Shown here piece after piece: positions 13,901 through 27,152 of a stretch of DNA of 64,000 nucleotides. A model generated the notes under the pieces. That model saw nothing but the letters and a program-made list of their open reading frames with translations. It had not been told where the DNA came from and made no database searches. A program made the translations under genes and the position numbers. Position 1 is the stretch's first letter. Each line of letters opens with the position of its first letter. The stretch comes from Tubiluchus corallicola (Eukaryota; Animalia; Priapulida), in contig JAQGDQ010000047.1 of NCBI GenBank assembly GCA_030141605.1, forward strand, positions 682,001 to 746,000, written 5' to 3'.

Positions 13901-16900
13901 GGATAATGAAGAAGACATGCATGAAGACAGTCAGATTGGCTAGATGCATTTCATTTTAATATAATGTAATGTTACTTAAATTACTCAGTGGTGAATGCTT
14001 ACTACAATGCAGTAATTGTTCTAACAGAAACTGCATATTCAGTGGAGGCATAACTAAGAAAACACCGACAAATTTTAAGTTGCAAACGAAGTGTAACAAA
14101 CGTGATACCATTTCTATTGGTATTGGAATGGGTTCAGCGACACATGTTTTAAGGCAAACGTTTCGTGGCATTATAACTCCCGTTGGGCATTTTCTGGCAC
14201 AAAATTGTCCCTAGCATTTTATATAGTCCGCGTGCAAAATTGTTCAGCCTGATGGTCGCGGTAAAGTAAAATTTCTATTGTACATATTCTATAGTCCACG
14301 AATCTTGATGTAATTGTATGAATTTCATTGATTTTTGTCGTTTACTACTTATATTATAGTTGTTTACTCATGTAGAGTTTAAATTTTTCCAAGCTAAAGC
14401 ATAAGTTAAAGCGAATGTAAGCGGGCAAATGTGAATATTATTTCTTACATAATATGACTGAATTACCCGGTCTGTGATTCAGACTACCTGTATTAAAAAT
14501 GTGTTTTTGGTAAATCGCAACAGGTAATAATTGGCCTTATTTACGGTATATGAAAATCATGCAGCGAATTTTACTACATTTAAAGTTTGATGCAGTGTCA
14601 GACCAATGGGCAAACTCAACGTATACTACAACTTCCTCATATATTGATACCATTTTAAAGAAAGGTTTAATCCGTTAGTGGACTTATAAATATAGACTTA
14701 ATCTATATCTTTAACTAACTCAAAAGTCCGCGTTTGGGCAAAATAACTGTCGCGAAATTTAACTTCATTTGCAAGTTGTTTAGTCAGCAAATTATAATAC
14801 GACTGAGACGTGCCATGGGCATAATGCTGAAGACTCACCGTGAGAAAGACGTTAAACCTTCATTTATATTCGCCAATGTGAAATTCAAAGTAAGTCTTAT
14901 TTTGCCAAGTAAACAAGTGAGTAAACAAGAAATGGGTGAAACACCGGTAGCATAACATAACCATATTGCATTTGCTCTATTGCAGCATGCATGGGATTAT
15001 CGAAATGTTTTGAACTGTACGCTGTTCCGTACTGTTTAAGTATATTAACGTAGTACTTGAGGGTAGAGTTCCAAATAAGTAATAACACGGTTAGCAAAGG
15101 ACGACTTGAAAACACTTTTGTCAGAAATGTTTTAAAAAGTCTCTAAGCGTGGTTTTTGAGAGTCAGAGACCATGATCCGTGTACACGTGTGTTGCTTTAA
15201 GGCCCTTTGTTTTTAGGCTAATACACTTCGAAGAAAGTTTATTTAGATCCATAAACTGTATATACATGTCATCGTCTCGTCAACTTTCTTGTGGATATGT
15301 TATATTATAAGCTACTCTGAAAAACTTCTGTCCGATGCTGTGCTATGGCCATTAAGATCAAAGACCTATTTCTGAAATCAGATCTAGTTCATAAAAATAT
15401 GCATAATGACGGGTTGTCGTCCTGTTAAGAAGATATTGATGCAAAATGCTGTCCTTAATTGATGTGCTACTTTGCCGAAGTGTATTATGTATATCAGCCG
15501 GACAACGTGGGCGGGAGCTCCCGGCTATTCCTAGTTTCCCATTTAGATACCCACTGCCCTGAAATCATACGTGGAATGCTCTACATTGCTGCATGTGCTT
15601 TAATTTACAATAACTATGATGCTTGCTCTATATCTTCAGGAATCTTGCCGACGATTGTTATTGGGCCTTTGAACTGACCACAAACTGTTTCCTCCGGTTG
15701 GCTTCCTTCAGGAATTCCAGAGATTCTTCTTCATCAGCTGCACACGGCGTAAACAGCAATGCTCTAATGGCTTGCTTGTTTTCATTTTGCCCTTGTTTTC
15801 ACGACCAGCTATTCTGATTTGATTTAGGCCAATTTTTGGTAATAGACTGGCTGTTTATGAGGTCTATCCGGTTGCTGGTGAGTTTGGAATTCCGTCGAAG
15901 GATTCATCAGGACAAACGGGTCTCTTTTGCCGAAATTATGCACCTTGCATGCACCCGATAGAGGCGTTTTTGTTTTGGGCTGACCATTTCGCTTGGGCGT
16001 TTATTTATTTTCCCATGATCCACATCAATGTTTTCTTCGTGTTTTGACGATATTTGAGTTGAAAGTGAAGCATTCCTCTGCATTAAAAGCCAGAAACCGA
16101 TCCACTCAGTTATTTATTTCCAAGGGCGGCTTGTACATTTATACATCGATTATACAAAACAACTTTGTAATACTATAATCTTTGCAAAACAATTATTGTA
16201 AGTATGTGGCATTTCAGATTTGTGGGTTCTTTCATTTACCCCATCGTCACTCACGATATCACTAGTATCAGTAACAGCTACTTGTTTATGTTATTTTTGG
16301 TTGGAATCTGTCTTGACATCTGCGCATTCCTAGGCACATACTTTAATTATGTAATAATAGCTATTAATACACATGATGGTCAAACGCGAGATCATATTTA
16401 ATTGCACTTCGGATATTCGTGGGCGTGATAAGGATGAATGAAAAACGTAAGTTCCGTTTTATGTTTTTGTTTATCGCTTTATTGGCTTGCATGAAGTAAT
16501 GTTTGTCAAAAGTGAGACGTGCTTGTTTTCAGTTTTATGAAAGTCCATTTAAATGCGTTTGCAGCGGTGCAAAATTGTTTTTTAAACTACACACAAAATT
16601 GCGAACCTTGGATACTTTGTTTTTATGTGAGCAATTCAATAAACTAGCCTCGATAATAAAAAACACTACAACGAGAAGACTCATATTGGAAGTTTCTATT
16701 TTTTACGCTTCTAGTCTTCTAGTCTCGTTCTAGTCTTCTAGTATTACAAAGACATTAAAACATGTTTTAAAATGCAATTTCACATAAAGACACAACTGGA
16801 AAATTCAAGTGATATCCAATCTGTGATAAAGTGTTAATGGCAAAAAATTTGGCACACGTCACGAATTTTTTTCTCTTTTATACATGCACGCTTTTATTTC

Positions 16901-19509
16901 ATACTAGTTGGATTTTTATGCTGGTCTAGTCGTCCGGCGACTATTGAACTGTTTCCATGAAATCTTATTATTGCCTGACTAACGAAATCCGCAGTGTTAC
17001 CGTCAGTTGTATTATATATTCGCGCTGCTAACAGAATAGTCATATTATATTGTCATTTAAAATTAGTTTTACCGGAGTTATGTATTGTCATTTGCATTCA
17101 TTCAAGGCTAAACACAAATTATTGTAATTACGTGAAATTCTTGAGAAAACTTGGGTTTGAACTGTAGAAAATATGCCACGTATTTTGCTTTATAGTAACA
17201 AAGAATCAAACTACCTGTTCCGCTGTGTAGTCAGTTATTCTCCAGTTTTGCAGTTTTTACGACCGTAGATAACGTACAACAGCAAGAAAGCAATCATATG
17301 CTATTTCCTATGTGTGTATGGTATTTTGATGTGGGCATGACTTTACGTAGACTACATTTTTTGCAAATCTTTAAAGCAATAAATAAATGAATAAATAAAC
17401 GCTTATTTAGTTTACAGTTTTCCTCATTAATTGAATGGTGATAATGAATAAATAAGCGTTTATTTAGTCTATTAAAGTTTTCCTCATGATATATGATGAA
17501 GTCATAGTACTTATGATAATCAAGAGGAGTTTCTTTTCCTTATGTGCGCAAGATTAATATGCTCGGATGTTCTTCAGCGTTTCAGTATTTGTCCCCGAAA
17601 AGTATGCCGTCGCTATAATAGGATTTTGCTATATTAGTTAACTGCTACAAAACTTTCGCTGCCTCAAATAGGAAGTTCACTATAATACTTAAATAGTATC
17701 TGTACGTGTTATTAAACTTGCAGAAAAAAGCAAAGCTTTGCACAATACCTAATTTTATTTTGTTGTATAGACTTTGCAGCCTTCACACAAGTTGACTAAC
17801 AAAATCTGGAAATGGTCTCGCTTTGCCTTCATTACGTGAACAGTGACCATGCACTAGTATGCTGGACAAAAATGCGGCATTTGTCCTAAATTTCTTGCAC
17901 TGACGTGTGTGCGTATCCAAATTTGGCAAGGAACGTGATAAACTTACGAGTCACTCCTCTTTGTATCAACACCGTCGTGCTTCTGTCTGGCTTCCACCGT
18001 CATTCCTTGTGGGTAACCTTCAGTTTTAATATAAATGTGTTCAACCCACATTCGCTTGTTTTGCGTTCGTAGTAAAGCGTTGACATTCTGCCCTCAATTG
18101 CTTACTCACTTTTACTTTCTCTCGCTCAATTACGACCGTTTTGCCGTCTCTCGAATATCGGTCACATGTTTTTAAATATCTTGTAGGCGTGTGTGACGGA
18201 GTTGACTCACATAACTGGCAGTGTTCTTTTGGTTTAATTCAAAAGTGTGAAATAAAACACATAGAATCAAGCAATAACATTGTGCAGAATACAGATTCAC
18301 TAAAAATTCAGTAAGGATTCACTGAAATTCTATCAACACTGCAAGGTTAAAACTGAATTTTGTGTGGCATTTTAATGCCCTTGCAGTTAGTTATTGCCTC
18401 CTAATTTTCACAACTCGCAATACTTAAACATCTGGGTATTTTATTCAGGCATGAAAGTTCGCTTTCATCACACTACAAGAGAATGATTATTTTTAAAAGT
18501 CGCGCTGCCTGTTTTTATCAACTTGGGCAATCTGGCTTCCTGGGAGTAGGAAAGTGACAGTATCCTTCACCGGAAAGCCTTACCCTCTCCAAGGACGCAG
18601 GAAATGCCGATGATTTTTGACAGGAAAACCTATGGAGCTTTTGACATCTGAAAATTTTTCTACATATATGCTTAAAGGTGAATTTCGCTTTGGGAATGCC
18701 ACTATTTTGTCAGTTTTGCTGCCCTGCACTAATAATATTTTTGGCAAAAATAGCCAAATGAAACAAAGAGAATGCAAATTTTCTGTGTTTTAATTTAGAA
18801 GAACATCAACCTGATACAAGTGATTTCCTGTAAGCGCTACGTTAAGCCATAAAACGTTCCGAAATTTTTTTCCCCTTTAACTGATACGATTTTGTAATCG
18901 TTTTTGTTTTTCAATATCGGTATCAATTAAGTAAAATTATTTTAAATTATCACATAGTATTTTTGACAAGTTTATTCAGTTTAATAGAAATTTAATAGTC
19001 ACACTGACACAATAGAAGCGATTGTGAGATTGCTTGCGTATGGGGAAACTGCTTGTTTCCGCATGCTTTACAACAATTCACGATTTGATTTTGGACTTCA
19101 AATGAAGCGTCGCAGGAAGAAAGCAATCATCTAGCCCATCTATTATCCGTCTTGCCTGTCTACGTAGTTTAATATCCGCTGCATGGTCTAGCGAAAGTAT
19201 GAGAACTGCTGAACGAGCTTAGGGAGCATGCGCAGTAGACTAGAAAGATATGAATTTATCTTCAAGTTGCCGTTCGCTACACAATAAAGACTAATATCAC
19301 AAAAAGAAGAGAAATGATTAGTAACTTAGTTATAGTGTACACGGCACTAGAGATTTTTTCATGTTAGCTGACAAAATTGGCGAAAATTGTAGTAAAATAA
19401 TTTATATCTATCAACTATTATAATAAGATGCAACACAGAAACGGACTTGCATAATGATTATGATAGTTAATACAGCAATCGAAATTTAGCATTGCCCCAC
19501 ACACTGTTA

Positions 19510-20152
19510 GGCCCACTTCACAATGAGGACGCAAGGAAAAATGATGCGCGGAATTGCTGTCAGAAAATTAGAAAATTTTCTTTTTCTCGAAATCCCACGC
19601 AGCAAGAAATTTCATTTTACAGCAAAACCGCGCGGTTTTTTCCGCGCGTCTAGGTAGCTGCAACTACTTTGCTACTTTTGTACTGTATAACCATGTCTGA
19701 CATAAGTTATATTTGCCGTATTTCTCATATATAAAGTACAATTAATAATGCTAGTTAACGTAATATCAGACCTGTTCATTTTTTAGCAAATTTCTACTAA
19801 CCACTTCAAAATCTGAAAATATACATATATAAAATAAATATATGCGAATATAGCTATTGATGTTGCATTGATCAAACATAAAATCGTCGGTCTGTTAAAA
19901 GAAAGATTAAGTCTTAGAATTTAATGCTGAAATGTGGTTAATTGTTGTTCGTTAAATAAGAAAGAAGTAATTGAGTAGTTAAATTTAAGTCTGAATTTTG
20001 CGAAGATTGGCCACGAAAATGGAACATGTAGTATTTCTACCATGCGACAAAATTCCTCACGAGGAGGACACACAGCTTCTAGCTGGCGGCAGAATTACTC
20101 ACGAAGAACTGCACGAGGAATTTTGCCGCGCGTCCTCATTGTGAAATGGGCC
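19510..20152. mobile_element. Non-autonomous PIF/Harbinger-like MITE
   Basis: TIRs ggcccacttcacaatgaggacgc / gcgtcctcattgtgaaatgggcc with a 3-bp TTA TSD at 19507-19509 and 20153-20155. No coding capacity. Confidence 0.88.
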
Positions 20153-20950
20153 TTAGTTTCTGTAATTCCTGGAACTTTTCTGCTTATTAAGAGACAGTAT
20201 GTTGTTTTGATATTCACAAATCTCCTGAGAATTTTGCACTTGAATTTATTATTGTTGACTTTGAAGATTAAGTAAACGCCTCAATGATTTTGAGCACGAC
20301 ACCAAGGTTTCGAGTTTTCGAGAGATGGTAACTCCTGTAACTCAAAACTTTCTAAAGGAATTACTATTTTTTATCGCTTTCGTCTGTAAACCAGGCAGAC
20401 TGCCTTGTAGATATTTTAAGGTTCATTGTGTCTTCTCTTAGTTAGTCCCTTAAGTCTTAACATTGCTCATCAACTTGACGTTTTGTTCCAACTATAAGCA
20501 AAACTTCTTCTTCGTATCCCTGATATTTCAAGTACAATAACTGGTAATGCTTACTGAACAATAGATGCGGTCAGGCAGTGCTGAATCCACCAGCTAGTGA
20601 ACTTTTTTATTAATCCCCAGAATGTCACTGGTTTTGTTTCGTGTTTTTCAGTTCGTTTAAGGGCGCAAGAAAGGTCGTCCTTTGTCGATCCGTTATTTCT
20701 GAAGCATGGTCATCTCAGCTCATATCAGCCGACCATGCATGCGGATTTCATTGTGTTTTCCACAATCTTTTATCTAGAGCGTATACAATTTAGGCAAAGG
20801 TTACTCGTGCAGTGTTTATGGGCAGCAGAAATTCCAAACTGTCTTTACAGATGTGGAAGCAAAATCATTATTCAGCTTATGCTATGCAAATATCAATCAT
20901 TCAGTCAATCAGTCTATCTATCTATCAATCTGTCAATCTATCTGTCTTTA

Positions 20951-20995
20951 CATATATATATATATAATAATAATTATATATATATATATATATAT
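20951..20995. repeat. (TA)n microsatellite
   Basis: Runs of TA interrupted by a short TAA run. Confidence 0.85.
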
Positions 20996-21363
20996 TAAAT
21001 ATGATTTTAAGAGAAGACACAGATAGAATCAAATTTGATTTTAATTTATAGACTGATATACCGAAAGTTATATTATGCAGTAGGAACATTTTTTAATTTC
21101 TGTGAAACGTGCGCTTAGCCGAAATTGGCAGCATTTTATGCTATTCATATAAGCGTAGTATACGTAGGTGAGAATATAAAAATTTGCAACAGACTAATAA
21201 TAGCTTTAAGGTCTGCCACTAATTAGATTTGCTGGCCGTTTTTATAAAATATGGAATGAAGTTTTGTTTGAATGATAAAAAAGGCAAGGAAAAGCGTTTC
21301 TAGCTGTAAACCAGAGTTCACAGCTCAGTTTCACAACGAAGCACACACAATGACCACTCTCTT

Positions 21364-21446
21364 GTATATTCTACATGTATATTATATTATGTATATTCAA
21401 TATATTATATATGTATATTCAATATATTATATTCAATATATTATGT
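21364..21446. repeat. AT-rich degenerate minisatellite (tatattcaatatattat-like units)
   Basis: Repeated gtatattcaatatattata units seen directly. Confidence 0.7.
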
Positions 21447-22178
21447 ACTTGGACAGCCAGTATATGTAATACTTGTGTAATATAACGTATACATACGTTT
21501 TGTGCGGATTGCCAGAGGGTGTTGCTGTACCACAATGCTGCAATAAAAAGTAAACTGGAATTACTCTTGAACATAAAATGTTATAAAAATGAACAAAAAC
21601 GCTAAGCCTGATAAAGATCAACTAAACATGTTAGAATCTGAGTCTTAGTTTATTTCAACGGAGTTTATCAGCATTCTCTACTTGCTGATATGGGAAATTT
21701 AGGGCATGATAGCTAAATGTTTTTCACAGAGTGAGCTTTAATAGAGATGAAATTTCGCGAATTGACGCCTGCGTTTTTAGTTACCAGCCGTAACGTTTTT
21801 GTTATAGCTGACTAAAATGCTTCGAATTTTTGACACCCATCTATTATAGCGCAGCTGTTCAAGCAGATTAAGGATTTTCTTGATGTCACCTAGAAACTCA
21901 TTCGAATTCACTTAAGTTACTGGACCTTCAAACCTTTCACTTGTTTGAGACTGTGATCGCGGAAATTTTACTGCAATAGTTTTAAAAATGTTATGCTTTC
22001 GTGAGGAATCTCTCAAATCTGTGCTTGCTGCTGCAGCTGTTTCTGTTATGTCACCCTTTTCGTTATAGTTATGGGCCTCACGGTCATAACTTACCAAACA
22101 GGCGAGAATCAATGGTGCAACTACATGCTAGAGCTTCCTGCACATTATGATGTTTTATGAAATGACTGTCTTCTATAC

Positions 22179-22712
22179 CACTGGTTCCCAACCTTTTGTT
22201 GACGGCGACCCCTTTCCAGAACCCTGCATCATATCGCGACCCCACGAAGAACATAATCACATGTCATACTATTAAACGTCATTATCGTTCGCATTTATTA
22301 ATTTTAACATTAGTTGACAAATTATTGAACAATGAGTGATTGTTTCATTAATTCATTAATGTCATGGTTGCACCTTTTCCTCGGCGACCAGTAACACACA
22401 ATAGGTACCAAGGTAAAATGAATAGCGACACGCCTTTGGGTGGTGTGCACTGTACACAAGTGTACAGCATGCTACAACGTGCATTTTCATTTTTCTGGAA
22501 AATCAAGCACTGGTATACTGCATTTAGAGCGGGAAAACCCAGTTTCACGTTCCAGAACAAAACGATGTGAGAGACTGAGGAAACAAGACTTACTTACAGA
22601 CTTTTCATGAAAACAGCATTTTTTATAAATAGTTTTTGATCTAGCCCGCGACCCCACGAAAAGTGCTTGGCTACCCCAATTGGGATCGCGACCCCAAGAT
22701 TGGGAACCCATG
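22179..22712. mobile_element. Non-autonomous hAT (Charlie-like) MITE
   Basis: Perfect 8-bp TSD ttctatac at 22171-22178 and 22713-22720. TIRs are cactggttcccaa / ttgggaacccatg, with subterminal cgcgacccc repeats at both ends. Confidence 0.92.
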
Positions 22713-24489
22713 TTCTATACCAAGTAACTATTATCAGTTAAATTTAGCTAATTATATTATAGCAAATTGATTTAGCAGTAATCGAAGCTCTGCATCATTT
22801 TATTTCAGTGCTTTAACAATGAACCGGAAACTAATTATACTGCGAACTATTGTGCAGTTAAGTGCACTGAATAAAATGTTATAAGCAAATTATACGATAC
22901 TGTAGAGATACTCAGGACGTGTTATGACGATTGAACAATGAACAATGCAAACGCTTTTCTTATGTCGCTTAAACGAAAATGCTTCTTTACTTAAGTGGTT
23001 GCTATTGCTCAAGTTTTTTCAGGCCACTATCACTGCTTTATTTATTTTTCAAGCTGAGAATTAATTATCTTTCAAATTCTTTCGTGAATTTTATTTTGCT
23101 TGTGTGGCGCCCTACAATTTCGCTAAAAGCAAATTTTGGAAATCGATTATTTTTGTTGCGTTTTGTAATTATTGCTTTCTACAATACTAGAAATCAGGTT
23201 GTTTGGGTTGAATTCAGTGAAAATAAGTGTTCATGCATGTGTGAAAATCATTCTAATTATTATAGCCCTGTGCTTGTCCAATCGTTGAAGTTCAGCAAAA
23301 CAGGAGCGCTTTTTATGTTCCACATTTTTTTATTGAATTACTGACTTACAAGAACAGTAAACTTACGTTGTGAATGTGTAAAATGTCTGGAACACCCAAG
23401 TGTAATCGTTCCTTGTTTTTAGTATATTTAGTAGATTAAATTCACTATATAGTACCTATAAAGATTATGTATTAATGTTATAACTCTACAATGAATGTCT
23501 TATAAATTATAATTATGAAGATCTGTTATTGATTAAACAAGTTATATAGTAAGTAATTATTCATTTGTAAACTTGTACATAATTTTGAAGACGGTGACTT
23601 GATCCAAGGTTACATCTACGTTCGCCCTCACTCAAGTGATATTTCGTCTAACGATGTACGCCCAGTAGACAGAGTTGTTTGTTCTTTGAAACTTCTCGTT
23701 TCTTTGTTTTCTGTTTGTTTGCCTAATGTTTTAGTGCACAAACGTCACATGAAGTTTTCTCGTTGAACTTGGAATTAAGAACACTCGGTATTGATACTGT
23801 AACAGGTAAATTTGAAGTTTGTTTTAGAAACTACTTGAAATTGATAGTAAAGAGACACTAAATGTTGTGAAAAAAATGCGAGACTTGGCTCTAGATTCTG
23901 AAAACGAAACTGACAGGTTAAACACGTGCACTTTAATAGTTATGTTACATAGTTTATAAGATGAGAAATATGACTTTATGTTCTTGTAGCTTAATATCCA
24001 TCGGGTTTCTTCTTGCATGGTTCGCAATTTTTATTCGAATTGTTATTTTCTCCATCAAATGAACCGTGACGTTTATTCCTATTACTGAAATTAACCATGA
24101 AGCTTATCTCTTCCTGCCAATACTAGCTTCAGTGGAGGGCTACCTCACTACCGCGCTAGAATACGCTTGCATGCAGTCTCACAACTTACTTTTGGAGACA
24201 TGAAGATGGGGGTACTAAGAGAAATGAGACTGTGTTCATGCGGTCAAGATCAGGTACAAGGGGAAGAACATGTTGTTATACCTTCGTGCCTATTAACGCA
24301 ACACTTAGGGAACTAGTATCCATATGTAAATTTATATATATGTAAATATATGTAAACAACACATATGTAAATTTTACCGATTTTAGCGAACTTTTGCTAG
24401 GCAAGAATTCTGCGTTCTAATTACACACCGATGCTTTTTTAATAGTTTGATAACGAATTTAGCGGAACACAGCTTAATAAGCAACGACC

Positions 24490-24534
24490 AGAAAGAGAGA
24501 GAGACAGGGAGACCAGAAAGAGAGAGAGACAGGG

Positions 24535-24632
<98 letters not shown>

Positions 24633-24651
24633 GAAAAGAGGCGGGAGTGAG

Positions 24652-24690
<39 letters not shown>

Positions 24691-24742
24691 AGAGAAAGGG
24701 AGAGAGGCTGAGAGAGTGAGAGAATAAAAGAAATAGAGAAAA
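24490..24742. repeat. (GA)n microsatellite / polypurine tract
   Basis: Pure GA run ~24541-24628 with degenerate GA flanks. It explains several spurious SL/ER ORFs. Confidence 0.95.
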
Positions 24743-25012
24743 GATGCACGGTCACCGAAATGAACCTCCGAGTATAGCGAGTAGCAGTGTAAAAAGTCAA
24801 GGGAATCAAGGCTCGCCAGGTTTTGCTGGTCATTTTAAACACAGTAAAAATAAACTAAATAAGCGAATAACCCAATCCTTTTCGCATTCCGTACTAGTTA
24901 CAAGTTAAACTGTAATACAATAAAACATACGAATTATATAGTGTGAAAGAGCAAAATAAGAGAAAGTTCACTGCGCCTCTGCACGTAAAGCAAAAGATAA
25001 TTTCAAAACCAA

Positions 25013-25086
25013 ATGTTTCCAGTCTTCTCTGTAGAAAAACCGTCTTCAATTTCCGATACCTATCCCGTGTTTAAAAAAGTCTGCAG
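25013..25086 (+). CDS. Candidate first coding exon of the DRAK/STK17 kinase (MFPVFSVEKPSSISDTYPVFKKVC-R)
   Basis: ATG follows an in-frame stop. The exon ends CAG|GTGATG in phase 2, matching the phase-2 acceptor at 26940. The join gives DTYPVFKKVCRGKF, with the spacing of the D-x-Y-x-V-x-x-x-L-G-R-G-K-F kinase start but Cys at the first Gly. Confidence 0.3.
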
Positions 25087-25794
25087 GTGATGTTTTAAGA
25101 AGTGGGACCGCTCTCGCAGAGCGCGGCTAGGGAGGTTGTTTTTAACATTCCTGGCGATGGGATACGTTTCGAAAAGCGAAATGTGTTTGTTTTTGTACGA
25201 AAAGCTCGCAGAAGCCGGCACCAAATCAGCTTTATATTTAGTAGCTGACATAATAGCTTTTGGCTAATTCTCGAGTTTGTTGTCAGGTTTACTTTCACAG
25301 GATTAATACGGTTTATATGACATATATATTGCAATGTCCATGGTCAAGCCCTACTTACGCCGAGAACCATATAAGCTGCAGTGCAGATTTAGGATTCAGA
25401 TATGAACCCAAGTAGCTTAGCTGTTACATTCCCGAGACCTTTAACAGACTGTCATTATACATTTATAATACATTTAGCCCTACAAGGGTAAAATGAAACA
25501 ATATGCATAATAAAATCTTCAATTTATTAGGATTGTTTATTTGACTGCTTATTTTGAAGTCGCTGAGGTTTTGCTTTGATTACTAGCTGTATAAATCATA
25601 GCATTCCTTTCTTACGGTTTATTTAGTTTTTACATCACCACAGGTACAAAAACTCTTTCAACTGAAACGACTTATGTATTGCCACAGCAGGTAATATATT
25701 TAATGTAGCTCTCTATAATAAATGACGTACGCTTGTGGGTGCGAAATGAGAAAACGTAATTGTGACCTTTTATTACTGCACCTACCCACGCATC

Positions 25795-26032
25795 CTGAGT
25801 GACTTGTTCTTTCCTTTAGCACACCACAAACAGTTTAAGTGATAACAGTAAAATAAACCCAACATACTGAGTGACTTGTTCTTTCCTTTAGCACACCACA
25901 AACAGTTTCAGTGATAACAGTAAATAAACCCAACATACTGAGTGACTTGTTCTTTCCTTTAGCACACCACAAACAGTTTAAGTGATAACAGTATAATAAA
26001 CCCAACATACTGTGTGACTTGTTCTTTCCTTT
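25795..26032. repeat. 72-bp tandem repeat (at least 3.3 copies) running into the assembly gap
   Basis: Unit starts at 25795, 25867, 25938 and 26010 (ctgagtgacttgttctttcctttagcacaccacaaacagtttaagtgataacagtaaaataaacccaacata). Confidence 0.95.
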
Positions 26033-26442
26033 NNNNNNNNNNNNNNNNNNNNNNNNNNNNNNNNNNNNNNNNNNNNNNNNNNNNNNNNNNNNNNNNNNNN
26101 NNNNNNNNNNNNNNNNNNNNNNNNNNNNNNNNNNNNNNNNNNNNNNNNNNNNNNNNNNNNNNNNNNNNNNNNNNNNNNNNNNNNNNNNNNNNNNNNNNNN
26201 NNNNNNNNNNNNNNNNNNNNNNNNNNNNNNNNNNNNNNNNNNNNNNNNNNNNNNNNNNNNNNNNNNNNNNNNNNNNNNNNNNNNNNNNNNNNNNNNNNNN
26301 NNNNNNNNNNNNNNNNNNNNNNNNNNNNNNNNNNNNNNNNNNNNNNNNNNNNNNNNNNNNNNNNNNNNNNNNNNNNNNNNNNNNNNNNNNNNNNNNNNNN
26401 NNNNNNNNNNNNNNNNNNNNNNNNNNNNNNNNNNNNNNNNNN
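26033..26442. other. Assembly gap (410 N)
   Basis: Run of N. Confidence 1.
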
Positions 26443-26939
26443 CAGTTGTTGATAGTGAAAGTGAACAAAATTCTTTGGGCATTCCCATATGGCCGGCGCC
26501 TCGATTTAATCCCCCTTCGTAAATAAAGGATTTACGGCGAATTTTTCCTGATTTCGTAAATAAGTGCACGGGACTTCATTCGGGACACAATTCCAAGATT
26601 ATTCCAAAGCTAGCTTAGTTTCTGACGTAAGCAATCCTTTAGTTTCGAGCCCTGTCTGTTATCCATACCTTTTCTTCCGGTTCACGTACTTCAGTTTCTT
26701 CGGAATGTGCCAGAAGTAATGCGTCTTTTCATCAGATGCTAAGCGCCTTTATGTATGTCAGTGACTTTACTTTTTTCAAGGCGAAGGTGTTTATGCAATC
26801 TATAGCCCACCCTGTACTTGAACACGTATGAGGTTCAACTACTTTCCGTTACCACTCATTAACATGCCAAGGTCAGAAGTAGAAAAGTCTAAACAGTGCC
26901 AAACTTTTCAATAATTGTGATTTTATTGTTTTTTTTCAG

Positions 26940-27152
26940 GGGAAAGTTTGGCGTGGTAAGGAAAGTAAGGCACAAGTGCACAGATCAGATATACGCCGCA
27001 AAGTTCATTCGAAAGAGGAGGCGAGGTCAAGACGCCAGAGCTGACATACTGCACGAAATAGCTGTTCATGAGATTGCTAAAGATCATTGTAGGCTCATCA
27101 CACTACATGAAGTATTTGAGAACAACCACGAGATGGTGCTGGTATTGGAATA
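26940..27152 (+). CDS. STK17: DRAK/STK17-family Ser/Thr kinase, exon with subdomains I-V
   Basis: tttcag| (R)GKFGVVRKVRHKCTDQIYAAKFIRKRRRGQDARADILHEIAV...EMVLVLE(Y) |gtaagt. Contains the G-loop, the AAK lysine and the DRAK basic loop KRRRGQD. Confidence 0.95.

Noticed and set aside
15440-15960. Minus-strand protein-like text (QAIRALLFTPCAADEEESLEFLKEANRRKQF) broken by stops
   Set aside because: Cannot be assigned to any family from sequence alone.
24383-24842. SL- and ER-repeat ORFs
   Set aside because: Translations of the GA microsatellite.
25795-26032. Regularly spaced repeat as a CRISPR-like array
   Set aside because: Whole 72-bp units are near-identical with no unique spacers; eukaryotic context with no cas genes.
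25835-26569. Long ORFs of 167-244 aa
   Set aside because: Artefacts of reading through the N gap.
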